Source of the DNA: a virus
Taxonomy: Duplodnaviria > Caudoviricetes
Virus record (IMG/VR): IMGVR_UViG_3300009163_000040
Span: 1-57,006 of that record
Direction: 5' to 3' (one strand)
Length of the DNA stretch: 57,006 bases
A program made the position numbers and the translations under genes. The notes under the pieces were generated by a model that was not told the origin of the DNA, did not search any database, and saw only the letters and a program-made list of their open reading frames with translations. Shown here one piece after another: positions 17,686 through 27,126 of this stretch (within the stretch, counting starts at the first letter, position 1; each line of letters opens with the position of its first letter).

Positions 17686-17954
17686 CAGAATGGGATGTCG
17701 TCGGACACGATGCCGTCGCTCGCGTAGCTGCGCGGCGTGGACGATTGCGGAGCGTCCTTCGGGTTGACCTTAATGGAGAAGTATTTCTTGCCCTCCATCC
17801 GGCTCCCCGGCTTGCCTTCGTTCACCCACGCCGAGAGCCAATAATCGGTGCCCGCCACGTTGAGCGAGCCGGTGAAGTCGGGCTGACTATCCTTCTCTTT
17901 ACGGTCGTTCCGGGCGAGCATGCCCGAGTTAGTGTTGTCGTATTGTGTTGCCAT
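17685..17954 (-). CDS. Small ssDNA-binding protein (DUF736-like)
   Basis: N.RK...QPDFTG...YWLSAW...KYFSI, acidic tail DDIPF. Confidence 0.7.
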   Translation of the reverse strand: MATQYDNTNSGMLARNDRKEKDSQPDFTGSLNVAGTDYWLSAWVNEGKPGSRMEGKKYFSIKVNPKDAPQSSTPRSYASDGIVSDDIPF

Positions 17955-17991
17955 GGTATCCAGTCCTCTATCGGTTGTTGATGATGGATGC

Positions 17992-18020
17992 ATTATAACA
18001 TCCGTGCTATCTACCGTCAA
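17992..18020 (-). promoter_or_regulatory. sigma70 promoter P7 upstream of ssb-dpoZ-purZ-mazZ
   Basis: TTGACG-17-TATAAT, TGn; same ACCGATAGAGGAC leader as early promoters. Confidence 0.85.
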
Positions 18021-18023
18021 TCG

Positions 18024-19439
18024 TCACAGTTTATATCCGTTGTACCCCTCCACTATATCGAGCAGCCGCTTCGATCGAGTCATGCCGACGTAAAACACTC
18101 GCACCTCATCATCGGGCCATTTCTCGGCGGTCTGCTGCACCCGCGTTGTCATGTCCGTGAGCAGAATAACCTGATCCGCCTCATGACCTTTTGCAGCATG
18201 TATCGTTGAAAGTCTGATGGTCGGCTCCGCTTCAAGGTCCGCATCGCTGTAGAAATCGACGACTCGGCCCGGAATTTGAAGCGCGACCCAAAAGGGAGTC
18301 TTCGCCACAACGCCGTAATCGTTGCGCTCAAGAGCTGCCCGAGTGTGCGTCGAGGCAATGGCGAAGATGGAGCCGCGCTCACTATCGGTAACTCGCTCGC
18401 CACGGACGATCTTGTTGTACGCCCGGATGGCGGCGGCGTATCGATTTTGGTACATCCCCGGTCGCCCCGATTCGCGAACGTACGGAATGCGGCGCTCGAT
18501 GAGTTGGTTCTCAACTTCGCGCAGCACTGAATGCGTCCGTCCCAATAGTAGCGTATCGTTCCCATGCCGGATATCAACCGAGTTGATTGAGCCATGTATT
18601 TGGACCAATCCCACATCGGGTCGGGGACTGAACTCCTTATCCACCCGGAAAGCGATTCGACGTATGAGGTCTTGAGATCGTGCGTGGACTGCAACAGGTA
18701 GTCGATGCGAGTACGAGAGCACATGATGATCACCCTTGTGCTTCTGCGTGAATCGTGCCATACCGTGTGCATCAGCACCGGCCCACGTATAAATCGCTTG
18801 ATCGTCGTCCCCCGCGATATGGACTTCCTGAGCGCGTCTAACGAGCTTCTCGATGACAACCCACTGAAGAGGTGATAAGTCTTGAGCTTCGTCGACAAAT
18901 ACGACTTCGACATCGTTTCGCATCGCCCCTTTCGCGGCCCGCTCCAGCATGTCGGTGAAGTCGTAGTATCCGTATGTAGATTTCCACTCAGCGTACGCAC
19001 GTACGAACGCATTAAACTCGGCACGCGTGCCGGGTCGGTCCGAAATGTCGTAGACTTCCGCTGGGTTAGAGAACGTGTTACGTGCGTAGTTGAGTAGGTC
19101 AAGGTAAAAGTCTCCGTCCGCCCGTTCCTCATCGTCTTCGGGCGATTTGCCTATGATTGGTATCCCCATCACCGTCGAGAACTCGCGCAGTTTCTGCGCG
19201 TCCACCACTTGCGTCTGCCGCAGCGCCATACTGCGAAACGCCATGGCGTGGATAGTGCTCACGTTGTTCGACTTACGGAGCCCGAGCCGAGACAGCGCCT
19301 CGCTGGCTGCGGCACGAGTGAAGGAGACGAAAGCGACACGTTCGGCTTGAACGCCCGCCGCCTTCGCCGCCCCCACTCGCCGCAGCAGCTCGGTGGTCTT
19401 GCCAGTCCCCGGTGGTCCGTAGATGGCGTGGACCTGCAT
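18024..19439 (-). CDS. UvrD/Rep SF1 helicase
   Basis: GPPGTGKT, VDEAQD, GDDDQAIY, STIHAAKGHE, FYVGMTR. Confidence 0.92.
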   Translation of the reverse strand: MQVHAIYGPPGTGKTTELLRRVGAAKAAGVQAERVAFVSFTRAAASEALSRLGLRKSNNVSTIHAMAFRSMALRQTQVVDAQKLREFSTVMGIPIIGKSPEDDEERADGDFYLDLLNYARNTFSNPAEVYDISDRPGTRAEFNAFVRAYAEWKSTYGYYDFTDMLERAAKGAMRNDVEVVFVDEAQDLSPLQWVVIEKLVRRAQEVHIAGDDDQAIYTWAGADAHGMARFTQKHKGDHHVLSYSHRLPVAVHARSQDLIRRIAFRVDKEFSPRPDVGLVQIHGSINSVDIRHGNDTLLLGRTHSVLREVENQLIERRIPYVRESGRPGMYQNRYAAAIRAYNKIVRGERVTDSERGSIFAIASTHTRAALERNDYGVVAKTPFWVALQIPGRVVDFYSDADLEAEPTIRLSTIHAAKGHEADQVILLTDMTTRVQQTAEKWPDDEVRVFYVGMTRSKRLLDIVEGYNGYKL

Positions 19440-19744
19440 CAGGACACGTTCTTCACCGCTTGCAATGCCCACAGATGGGCGGTACGCGTGGCCATGATCG
19501 CCTGATTGAAATCCGCCTGCACTTGGCCGTCGTGGAACGAATCGCGCAGAACAGTGAGGTAAGCCATCAGCTCCGTGTAGTGCTGATTCACGACCACTTC
19601 ACGCCTCGACTGCGCTCCCACTACGTACGTCGCGTCTACTGCCATCACCACCGGGATAGCAGTGGCGATCTGAGGCACATCGGAGGGACCTTCCTCGGCT
19701 GTCTTGCCAAAAGGCCCATCAGTTATCGGTTTTTTAGTAGCCAT
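19439..19744 (-). CDS. Hypothetical protein (101 aa)
   Basis: AGGAG RBS; packed ORF. Confidence 0.55.
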   Translation of the reverse strand: MATKKPITDGPFGKTAEEGPSDVPQIATAIPVVMAVDATYVVGAQSRREVVVNQHYTELMAYLTVLRDSFHDGQVQADFNQAIMATRTAHLWALQAVKNVS

Positions 19745-19758
19745 TCATTCGCTCCTGA

Positions 19759-20502
19759 TCAATACTCGGTCGGCGCGGCGTCATGCACCTCGCCGTCGTA
19801 GTCGTTACTGACTTTAACGCCACCAGTGCGCACGGTTTCGTACAGCTTCTCCGCACGCTGGTACAGCTCCTTGGGGATGAACCCGAGCGCGGCGATGTTG
19901 AAATTGAAATACGACTCATTGCGCGCATTGGTCTCGACTGTGGCCGACAGCTTATAAGCGCGACTGAACGAGTCGGTATTGGTCAGGCGCATAAGCGAAT
20001 TCCAACGCTTGCTCACCTTGATCTTCGACTTGGACATCGATACTACCGCCTCTTGCCAATCCTCCCCGTTACGCACCAGCACGAAATGCTGCGCGGTATC
20101 GGCCACTTCCAGCCCGTCTTCGGCCAATTGGGCGATCGCGTCGCGTGCCGCTGCCTCTGTCGCGAATGCACCCCGGAACCCGTTGCTTCCACCGCCACCG
20201 AGCTTGCGGTCCTTCCACACTAGGAACTGCTTGGTGTAGTACACCGGAATGACGGTGACCTCTGTTCCGTAGAGCGCACGGGTGACGTTGTTGTACAGCA
20301 TCCCCTCCTCTGCGCCATCGATGTACGCCGGGTCGCTCTTCTTGCGCACCGGCGACAGCGCCTGAATCAGCTCGATGCGAGGGACGATCATGTCCTCCGT
20401 ACCGACGTTCTCCGCTCCCCGGTTGCCCTGCTTCATATAGTCGGGCAATGTGTCCGACATCAACTGGAACTCTTCTTTCACTGCTACTTGGTTTTTAGCC
20501 AT
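19759..20502 (-). CDS. Conserved replication-module protein (possible ssDNA-binding/annealing)
   Basis: IVPRIELIQALSP...GAEEG; acidic C-terminus; position among replication genes. Confidence 0.55.
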   Translation of the reverse strand: MAKNQVAVKEEFQLMSDTLPDYMKQGNRGAENVGTEDMIVPRIELIQALSPVRKKSDPAYIDGAEEGMLYNNVTRALYGTEVTVIPVYYTKQFLVWKDRKLGGGGSNGFRGAFATEAAARDAIAQLAEDGLEVADTAQHFVLVRNGEDWQEAVVSMSKSKIKVSKRWNSLMRLTNTDSFSRAYKLSATVETNARNESYFNFNIAALGFIPKELYQRAEKLYETVRTGGVKVSNDYDGEVHDAAPTEY

Positions 20503-20577
20503 GGTACATGCTCTCCATTAAGGTTAAACAGACGCGCCGAGGCGCATCACTTGGGTATCCGGCGGGTGCCGAATTCT

Positions 20578-21015
20578 TTACTTGCGAGTAATACTCGCTC
20601 GGGTGAATGGGGACACGTTGAGCAACGTCTCCGGCACTTCCTCGCCCGACTTGAACATGTTCTTCACCGTCGCCTTAAGCGTCGATGGGTTAATCGTCTC
20701 TTGCAGCAGATCGGAGCGCCCGTTATCCCGGAGCCACTCGTAGAATTGCGATTTACTGTCGGCCTTAATGCTCACGTGCATGTCGGCGGTCAGGTTCACT
20801 CGGCCAACGCTGGCGACATTGATGTTCTTCACATCGTCATCCTCCATCTTGGTCGGGATCTTTGTGATGCGCAGGAAGTCGAACCGCTTGTTCACCTCTT
20901 TGAGCTGCTCCTCTAGCACCTCCTTCTGCTTCTGCACCGCATCCATCGCGATGACCAGCTCCACCAACGTGAGCGAGTCGTACTCGCCGAATTCCAATAC
21001 TTGATCAGTAGACAC
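20578..21015 (-). CDS. Conserved phage protein (145 aa)
   Basis: Coiled coil plus WLRDNG.SDL...INPSTLKA. Confidence 0.65.
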   Translation of the reverse strand: MSTDQVLEFGEYDSLTLVELVIAMDAVQKQKEVLEEQLKEVNKRFDFLRITKIPTKMEDDDVKNINVASVGRVNLTADMHVSIKADSKSQFYEWLRDNGRSDLLQETINPSTLKATVKNMFKSGEEVPETLLNVSPFTRASITRK

Positions 21016-21346
21016 CCATTACTCCTTTTACTCCGATGCGAATCGCGGTGTAGATGCGATCGCGGTTATTCCACTTCAACACATTGAACGTGTCGCTCTT
21101 CTCACGAGCGATTGCGAACACCAATCCCGAAATAATCGGGGAACCACTCGGAGCGATGAAGTCGGTCGCGGGGTTGTAGTCCGTGAAGCGGTCGCGGATG
21201 AGCCCCACGAGCTTCTGATTATGAAGCGACTCGGGCACATTCGACACCTCGCTAGTGGAAAGGAACACAGGGTCTCCGAACCGCTCCACGTCGGCGTAAT
21301 TCGCTGTTGTGACCTCTTGCGTCACATACACTTTGGATTTTTTCAT
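21005..21346 (-). CDS. Hypothetical protein (113 aa)
   Basis: GAGG RBS; TATAAT at 21380-21385 upstream. Confidence 0.65.
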   Translation of the reverse strand: MKKSKVYVTQEVTTANYADVERFGDPVFLSTSEVSNVPESLHNQKLVGLIRDRFTDYNPATDFIAPSGSPIISGLVFAIAREKSDTFNVLKWNNRDRIYTAIRIGVKGVMGVY

Positions 21347-21387
21347 ACTGCCTCTATATCCTTGATCGCTATAACCTCCATTATACC

Positions 21388-23130
21388 CTACCCCAGCTCG
21401 CCTAGTAATATACTCTCGTTTCTACTATCGATGCTCGAGCGCACGAACTCGCTCACGTCCTTTTTCTCGATCAGTGCCCCCGCTACAACCGCGTCCACCG
21501 TACCCTCGGCGACTAGATCGATGTAGGTCACCGATTTTGTCTGCCCCATCCGGTGCGCCCGGTCCTCCGACTGCTGCCGGTCGGTGAATGAGAACGAATT
21601 GGAGTAGTACACCACCAACTCGGCGCGAATCATGTTAAGTCCCACACCCCCCGTAGCGGCGTTACCCACGATGAACCGCGCTTTGCCGGTCTCGAACAGT
21701 TCTTTCACGTTTCGGTGCCGGTCCTCCTCGGAGATCGCACCGTAGATTTCCACTACTGCCGACCGCCCGTAGCGTTCGCGCAACGCTTCGCAAACCATTT
21801 CAATCTCGGGTATAAATCGGCACCAGACGATAGTGCTGCACTCGTTCTCCTCGGCGATCGCTAGTAGCTCCTCGACTTTCGGGTTCTTTCCTGCAATGCG
21901 ATTACGCGTGAACTTACTCGGGTTGTAGAGGTCGGGGTTTCGCTCGAACGTGATGATGCCCCCAGCGATTTCTTGTAGTCGGAGCATTCGCTCGAGCACG
22001 GTCTTGACTGTAATGCCTTGGTCTCCAGATACTGCTTGGTCACGTTTAGCAATCTCTTTGTATAGTCGTTTTTGTTCATCATTCATCAGCACCGTTCGAG
22101 TTTGGTACACTTTGGGTGGAAGCTCCGTCAGCACCTCCGATTTACGCACTTGATAGACGAATGGGGCGATTAGCTCAACCAGCTCCTCCATGTGTTGATA
22201 TCCCACGATCTGCTTCCCCTCAAACCCGCCCATCACCGCGTAGCGGTTGCGGAACGAGTAGAAATCGCCGATACCGATAATGTTCGGGTCTAAGAATTCG
22301 AACTGCATGAACACGTCCATCGGACCGTTGGCCACCGGAGTGCCGGTCATGATCACTTTGTAATTCGCTGACAATCCGAGTCGCACGCAATTCCTGCTCC
22401 TCACCGCTGAATGCGTCTTGATCATGTGCGCTTCATCCACCACCATACCGACGCGAGTGCTGCAATCGACGAACTTCTGTGCAAGATTGACCGCGTTCCC
22501 GGCAGCGAGCGACTCAGTGCCCACTATTAGGATTTTCAAGCGCCCATCTACCGCCGTGTTCCACTGTTCGAACGCCTTCGCTTTTGTCGTGTCCAGCGCC
22601 ATCGTGTCGCATTCAACGGGGCTATGAATGCGGATTTCGTCCATCCAGTTCTTCTTCGTACTCAGCTTTGTTACCACTAGTACCCGATCTATATCGGTGT
22701 TGATAAAATACGCGGAGAACAGGTCGAGCAGCGTTTTCGTTTTACCCGTTCCCATGTCCATGTAGTACGCGAATGTACGCTTCTCCCACGCCTTATCCAG
22801 CCCTTTGCGCTGGTACTCCCGGGGTTCGGTCTTGAACCGGTACAGCGGCGGGAACGCGGCTACTGGTAGTGATCGTGTTCGCTCGATAGTCTCCTGCGCC
22901 ACCTTTTGAGCTTGAGCTGCAAAAGAGTCAGCGCTAAAATGGGACAGCAGATACTCGCTATTAGCGCGTAAAGCAGGAGCAGTCCACACCCGACGACGAG
23001 AGTCCCAGCGCCGATTAGGAAGGCCGCGCACCTTCTCGACCATCCAAACCGGGGTGGTGATGATAAATCGACTAGTTCGGGTATCATACTCGATGCTTAC
23101 TTTAGAATTCGGATTTAAATCGGGGTTCAT
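21388..23130 (-). CDS. SNF2-family (SF2) helicase
   Basis: MDMGTGKT, VVDEAH, MTGTP, GGVGLN, QSEDRAHRMGQ. Confidence 0.92.
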   Translation of the reverse strand: MNPDLNPNSKVSIEYDTRTSRFIITTPVWMVEKVRGLPNRRWDSRRRVWTAPALRANSEYLLSHFSADSFAAQAQKVAQETIERTRSLPVAAFPPLYRFKTEPREYQRKGLDKAWEKRTFAYYMDMGTGKTKTLLDLFSAYFINTDIDRVLVVTKLSTKKNWMDEIRIHSPVECDTMALDTTKAKAFEQWNTAVDGRLKILIVGTESLAAGNAVNLAQKFVDCSTRVGMVVDEAHMIKTHSAVRSRNCVRLGLSANYKVIMTGTPVANGPMDVFMQFEFLDPNIIGIGDFYSFRNRYAVMGGFEGKQIVGYQHMEELVELIAPFVYQVRKSEVLTELPPKVYQTRTVLMNDEQKRLYKEIAKRDQAVSGDQGITVKTVLERMLRLQEIAGGIITFERNPDLYNPSKFTRNRIAGKNPKVEELLAIAEENECSTIVWCRFIPEIEMVCEALRERYGRSAVVEIYGAISEEDRHRNVKELFETGKARFIVGNAATGGVGLNMIRAELVVYYSNSFSFTDRQQSEDRAHRMGQTKSVTYIDLVAEGTVDAVVAGALIEKKDVSEFVRSSIDSRNESILLGELG

Positions 23131-24664
23131 CTATTCGTACCTCATGTTCATCGGTGATGGGGGCATACCAGACGTTCACGGGCTTGCCGCCCGGTATTCG
23201 CATCTTGTCGTGGCTCGCGCCGCAGTCGCGCCGCAACGAGGTCCAAAGGTCCATGCCGGTCATCACCTCTGCCTTATTGCGCTTAAGGAATTCCGAGAAC
23301 GCCGTACCCCGGAACACGATGCAGCGCACGCCGTCCACCACCTGCACCACCGGGATGTTGCGCGAGAGCGCCTTGCGGTCTTCGGTGCTAGTGCCATCGG
23401 AGGTGAGATCCGCCTTCTGCACGAACTCGTTGAATTTTGCCATGATGATTCCCGATGCGCTCGCCTCCTTCGGCACCTCGATCGTGCGCAGCGTCGGAAT
23501 CAGCGGGTCCAGCACCCGTCGCCGCCACGCGTCCTGCGACATCTTCGGTATGTTGATCTTCATCTGCTCGAATATCAGCGTCCCCATCATCGCCGGGTCG
23601 CGGAGTATAATGGTCGGAATGTTCATAATCAACTTGCCGTTGACGTGAATACCCCAGCGGGGAGGCTCCGAGAGGTACTCAATCAGCTCGGTGAACTGCG
23701 GTAGGCTGTCGTGCGCATCCAGATCGCGACTCTCCTCGGTCGATATGCCGAATTCGCGGGTGACGCACACCTTACGATCGCAGAGCGATTTACACGGTTC
23801 CTCGCCACACTTGTACAGATAATCCCGCCGGGACGCCGAGCGAATCACCTTCTTCGCCTCCGCTGGCCCCAGCGGCTTGTCGAACATCGTCTGGTTCAGC
23901 GCCATCGCATCATCGAAGAACGTTTCGGGCCGAGCGCGTTTTAAGTAGACCACCACGTTGTACATCGAGTCGTTGCGCGATCCCGATTCGACGCCCGTGT
24001 GGATCATCTTCTGTATGCATGGCGGCGCTTCTAGATGCTCCCGGTGCGCGATCTCCTCCAGCTGCGCCACCGTCACCCGCTTCGATTGGGCGTAGCTGAC
24101 GAACAGCTCGAACGACAGCCGAACACCCTCCGCGTCCAGCGCATACCGCACCGTGTCGTCCTGCCGGAAGTAGCACAGGTTGATCCAGTTGCCCAGCGAC
24201 TTTTCCCCGCTGCTCGTCACCAGCGAATCCTGCTTGGGAAATATATCCACGTGGTTCGGGATCTGGAGCATGTCGCGCCACGAGTTGAGCAGTCGAATAA
24301 CGAGTTTGGCCGGAAGGTATTCCTGCCCGAACAGGTACAGGTGTGCCCCACCGCTCTTGCTGCGCGTCACCACCAGCGGTAGCCGGTAGTGCTCGATTTT
24401 CTTCACCAGCGCGGGCAGATCCACATCGGAGCCGTCCGCGCCTTTGCCGTGGTTGTCCACGTCAATGCAGCCGAACAGCACCGTGCCGCCGTCGGTGATC
24501 GGCACGATGCCGAGCCCCATACGGCCACCCAAATGGTCCGCGTAGTGGTGCAGCGCCACCTCGCTCTTCTCGGTTGACATGCCGCCGTTGGCCGGGTTCC
24601 ACTGACCGAACGAGCGGAGATTGCCGGAGAACAGATTCGCAAAGTCTTGGGCCAGACTTGTCAT
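23102..24664 (-). CDS. AEP-superfamily primase with PriCT-like domain
   Basis: FGCIDVD, RSKSGGAHLY, IFPKQ, GNWINL; PPCI...GSRND. Confidence 0.8.
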   Translation of the reverse strand: MTSLAQDFANLFSGNLRSFGQWNPANGGMSTEKSEVALHHYADHLGGRMGLGIVPITDGGTVLFGCIDVDNHGKGADGSDVDLPALVKKIEHYRLPLVVTRSKSGGAHLYLFGQEYLPAKLVIRLLNSWRDMLQIPNHVDIFPKQDSLVTSSGEKSLGNWINLCYFRQDDTVRYALDAEGVRLSFELFVSYAQSKRVTVAQLEEIAHREHLEAPPCIQKMIHTGVESGSRNDSMYNVVVYLKRARPETFFDDAMALNQTMFDKPLGPAEAKKVIRSASRRDYLYKCGEEPCKSLCDRKVCVTREFGISTEESRDLDAHDSLPQFTELIEYLSEPPRWGIHVNGKLIMNIPTIILRDPAMMGTLIFEQMKINIPKMSQDAWRRRVLDPLIPTLRTIEVPKEASASGIIMAKFNEFVQKADLTSDGTSTEDRKALSRNIPVVQVVDGVRCIVFRGTAFSEFLKRNKAEVMTGMDLWTSLRRDCGASHDKMRIPGGKPVNVWYAPITDEHEVRIDEPRFKSEF

Positions 24665-24691
24665 AATTTAACCTCGCTATACGTCTATATA

Positions 24692-24720
24692 TTGACACCA
24701 CCACCGTGGGCTGATAGAAT
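24692..24720 (+). promoter_or_regulatory. Plus-strand sigma70 promoter pointing into repeat locus B
   Basis: TTGACA-17-TAGAAT with TGn. Confidence 0.6.
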
Positions 24721-24747
24721 TATACCATAGCACACACGGGACATCAA
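24719..24747 (-). promoter_or_regulatory. sigma70 promoter for primase/replication genes
   Basis: TTGATG-17-TATAAT with TGn. Confidence 0.7.
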
Positions 24748-24749
24748 TC

Positions 24750-25025
24750 CCCGCCATTGTTCCACCGTTCCACCACAATGGAACACAGATGGAACGCCCC
24801 TTCCCATTCGAACGACAGGCCCCCTGTTCCATCGTTACACGCGCACGCGGGGGTCATTAATTCGCGATTCGTAACCTGACATATAATATGTAGATGGAAC
24901 AGATGGAACAATGGAACACGTCGTTCGTCTTCGAATGGAAGAGGACCTTCGGAGCGTTCCAGACGCCGTACCATCTTATGGAACGGTTAGAGCTCTCCCG
25001 GGGTTCTCTCGTGTATGCGCATGTA
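24750..25025. repeat. Non-coding repeat locus B, inverted homolog of locus A; candidate origin
   Basis: 10 GTTCCA/TGGAAC copies, CCCATTCGAA core, AT-rich centre 24855-24894. Confidence 0.8.
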
Positions 25026-25095
25026 AGCTTCGTGTAAGCTTGCCCGACGAGAGCCCCTCGGAGGCCCTAAGACGGGTGTGGAGCTACCCTAGTAG

Positions 25096-27126
25096 CTACT
25101 GCTGCATTCCGGCGGCTTCTTGGGGCTGCGGCGCGGGCGCTGCTGGCATTCCCGGGGCTAGCGTATCCTCGGGGTACTGATCCGGGGTGCCGCGACCACC
25201 GGCGAGGCCACCGGCGACAGCCGAACCGACGTTGGTCGCCCCCGACGCTTTAAGCAGCATCTGCTCCTGCGCTTTGAGGCTTTGCATGATGCTATCCATC
25301 ACTGGGTCGATCCCGGCGGTCGGGGTGAGGAGCTTCTCCTGCAGCGGTTTGGCCACCCGGGGACTGAATCCGGCCAGTCGAGGCGCGGCGGCTTGTGCCG
25401 CTTCGATCACCGCACCCAGCGGGTTGCCCTGTGCTAGTCGGGTGGCCGCACCCACGCCCGAAGCGCCGGAGTCCAGATCCGCATCCTGCGCCGTTTTGCG
25501 GAACGCGGTTTTCTCGGTGGTGAGCATCCGCTGTTCGTCGACTAGACGTCGTGTAAATTCGTCGAATGCATTATCATCCCGGAACGCGCGTCGTAGCTTC
25601 TGCTCCATATCTTTGCCCAACACCGTCTTCAGCGGGTCCGCGCTTGGACCGGCGATACGCAGCCGTTCTTGCATCGTCTGCGCTATCCCTGCCCGGAAAG
25701 CGTCATACTCGGACGGGCTGTTCTTGAACCGGTCGATGAGCTTGCGCATGTCCATCTCGGGCAGTTGGTAAATCCGGCGACCTTCTTCCATCGCGGTCAG
25801 CATCTCCGAGTCCCCGGCGTACGCCATGCGTGCGGTCTTATACTCCGGCGCGGCCTTCTCCATATCCTTCAGCAGTCGCTCCTTCATGCCTATTAGCACT
25901 CCGGCTTGCCCCCCCTTGCCTTGGCGCATCGCCTCCGAGATCATGTCGTCCAGCGCGATTTTGGTTTCGTGCAGCCCCTTCAGCGTGTTCTTCGGGTCTG
26001 TGATATCTAGGTCGGCGTCGGCCATCCGCTTGGCCCCTATCTTCATCGCCTCCTTGAACGACGGCAGATTCCGCAGCTTCTCGATATCCGGTGCGGTTTG
26101 CGATGTGAATTGTGCACCCGAATCCCATGCTGCCTGATAAAGCGAGCTCGCGTCACTGGAGCGCTTCTTCATCAGGTCCTGCACATCAGTGTAGAAATCT
26201 TTCGAGCCCGACATCAGCGTACGCAGATCTTCGCTCACCCGAGGAATTCGCTCCATCTCGCGGGTGGACAGCAGGTCTTTCGCCTCGCGTCTCGCCGGTC
26301 CCGGGGCGGCGGTGGCGGCGCGCAGCAGCTTCGCCGTGTTCTCGCCGAGGTCCGCCAGCGTGATCTCGCCCCTCGCTGCCGCTTGCATCTTCGCGAGCGC
26401 TTGGTCCGGCGTCATCCCGTCCTTCTCGAGCGCTTTCACGATCACCACATCGGCCATCTTGTTCGCGTCGCCGAACCCGAGCGCCGATTTGAGCCTTCTG
26501 TAGGCGGGCATCACTATGTACTTCCCAGTCAGCCCCAGCGCCCCGGTGGTAGCGGCACCCGCTGCGCCGCCCCGAAGGGCTTCAGCGGGGAGCTCGGACA
26601 TCGGCTTCTCGCTCGTCCCCACCGCAGTGGTCGCGCCCGATGCCGCGCCATAGCCCATCATTCGGGCCAGCGAGGGGGCCGAACCGGCCAAATATCCGGC
26701 GATTTTGGGTCCTACCGCCCGGGTAACAGCCGGAATCGCGCCAGCGCCGCCGGTGAGCAGTGCGGGGGCGAGCCCACCCACGACTTCGGCGGTTGTGGAC
26801 ATCACCGGGTGCTCCTCGGCGTACTGGCGTTGCGCTTCCCGCTCGGCCTTCACATAGTCTTCGTACGATCCCTTGCCACCCATCGCCCGCATTCGAGCGA
26901 TCGCCTCATCCGAGAACCCCATGGTCAGCCCTTGGAGCGCGGCACCACCTGCGCCCGTGAACATCGGCTCGGGCCGGGGGCCGGTCGGCGCGGGAGGTAC
27001 CGCCCCGGGCTCGGTAGTGGGCGCAGCGCCGCCGGTCTTGCTCATCTCGAACTTTCGGATTTGCGCCTCGTTCATCGACTCCGGGAATTCGTAGATGACG
27101 CCGTTGATGATTCGTTCTTTGGTCAT
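25096..27126 (-). CDS. Putative internal virion/ejection protein (676 aa)
   Basis: Ala/Gly-rich helical protein; position after tail genes as in podoviruses. Confidence 0.65.
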   Translation of the reverse strand: MTKERIINGVIYEFPESMNEAQIRKFEMSKTGGAAPTTEPGAVPPAPTGPRPEPMFTGAGGAALQGLTMGFSDEAIARMRAMGGKGSYEDYVKAEREAQRQYAEEHPVMSTTAEVVGGLAPALLTGGAGAIPAVTRAVGPKIAGYLAGSAPSLARMMGYGAASGATTAVGTSEKPMSELPAEALRGGAAGAATTGALGLTGKYIVMPAYRRLKSALGFGDANKMADVVIVKALEKDGMTPDQALAKMQAAARGEITLADLGENTAKLLRAATAAPGPARREAKDLLSTREMERIPRVSEDLRTLMSGSKDFYTDVQDLMKKRSSDASSLYQAAWDSGAQFTSQTAPDIEKLRNLPSFKEAMKIGAKRMADADLDITDPKNTLKGLHETKIALDDMISEAMRQGKGGQAGVLIGMKERLLKDMEKAAPEYKTARMAYAGDSEMLTAMEEGRRIYQLPEMDMRKLIDRFKNSPSEYDAFRAGIAQTMQERLRIAGPSADPLKTVLGKDMEQKLRRAFRDDNAFDEFTRRLVDEQRMLTTEKTAFRKTAQDADLDSGASGVGAATRLAQGNPLGAVIEAAQAAAPRLAGFSPRVAKPLQEKLLTPTAGIDPVMDSIMQSLKAQEQMLLKASGATNVGSAVAGGLAGGRGTPDQYPEDTLAPGMPAAPAPQPQEAAGMQQ

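Noticed and set aside
20503-20577. Structured RNA in an intergenic gap
   Set aside because: Only short imperfect hairpins; insufficient support
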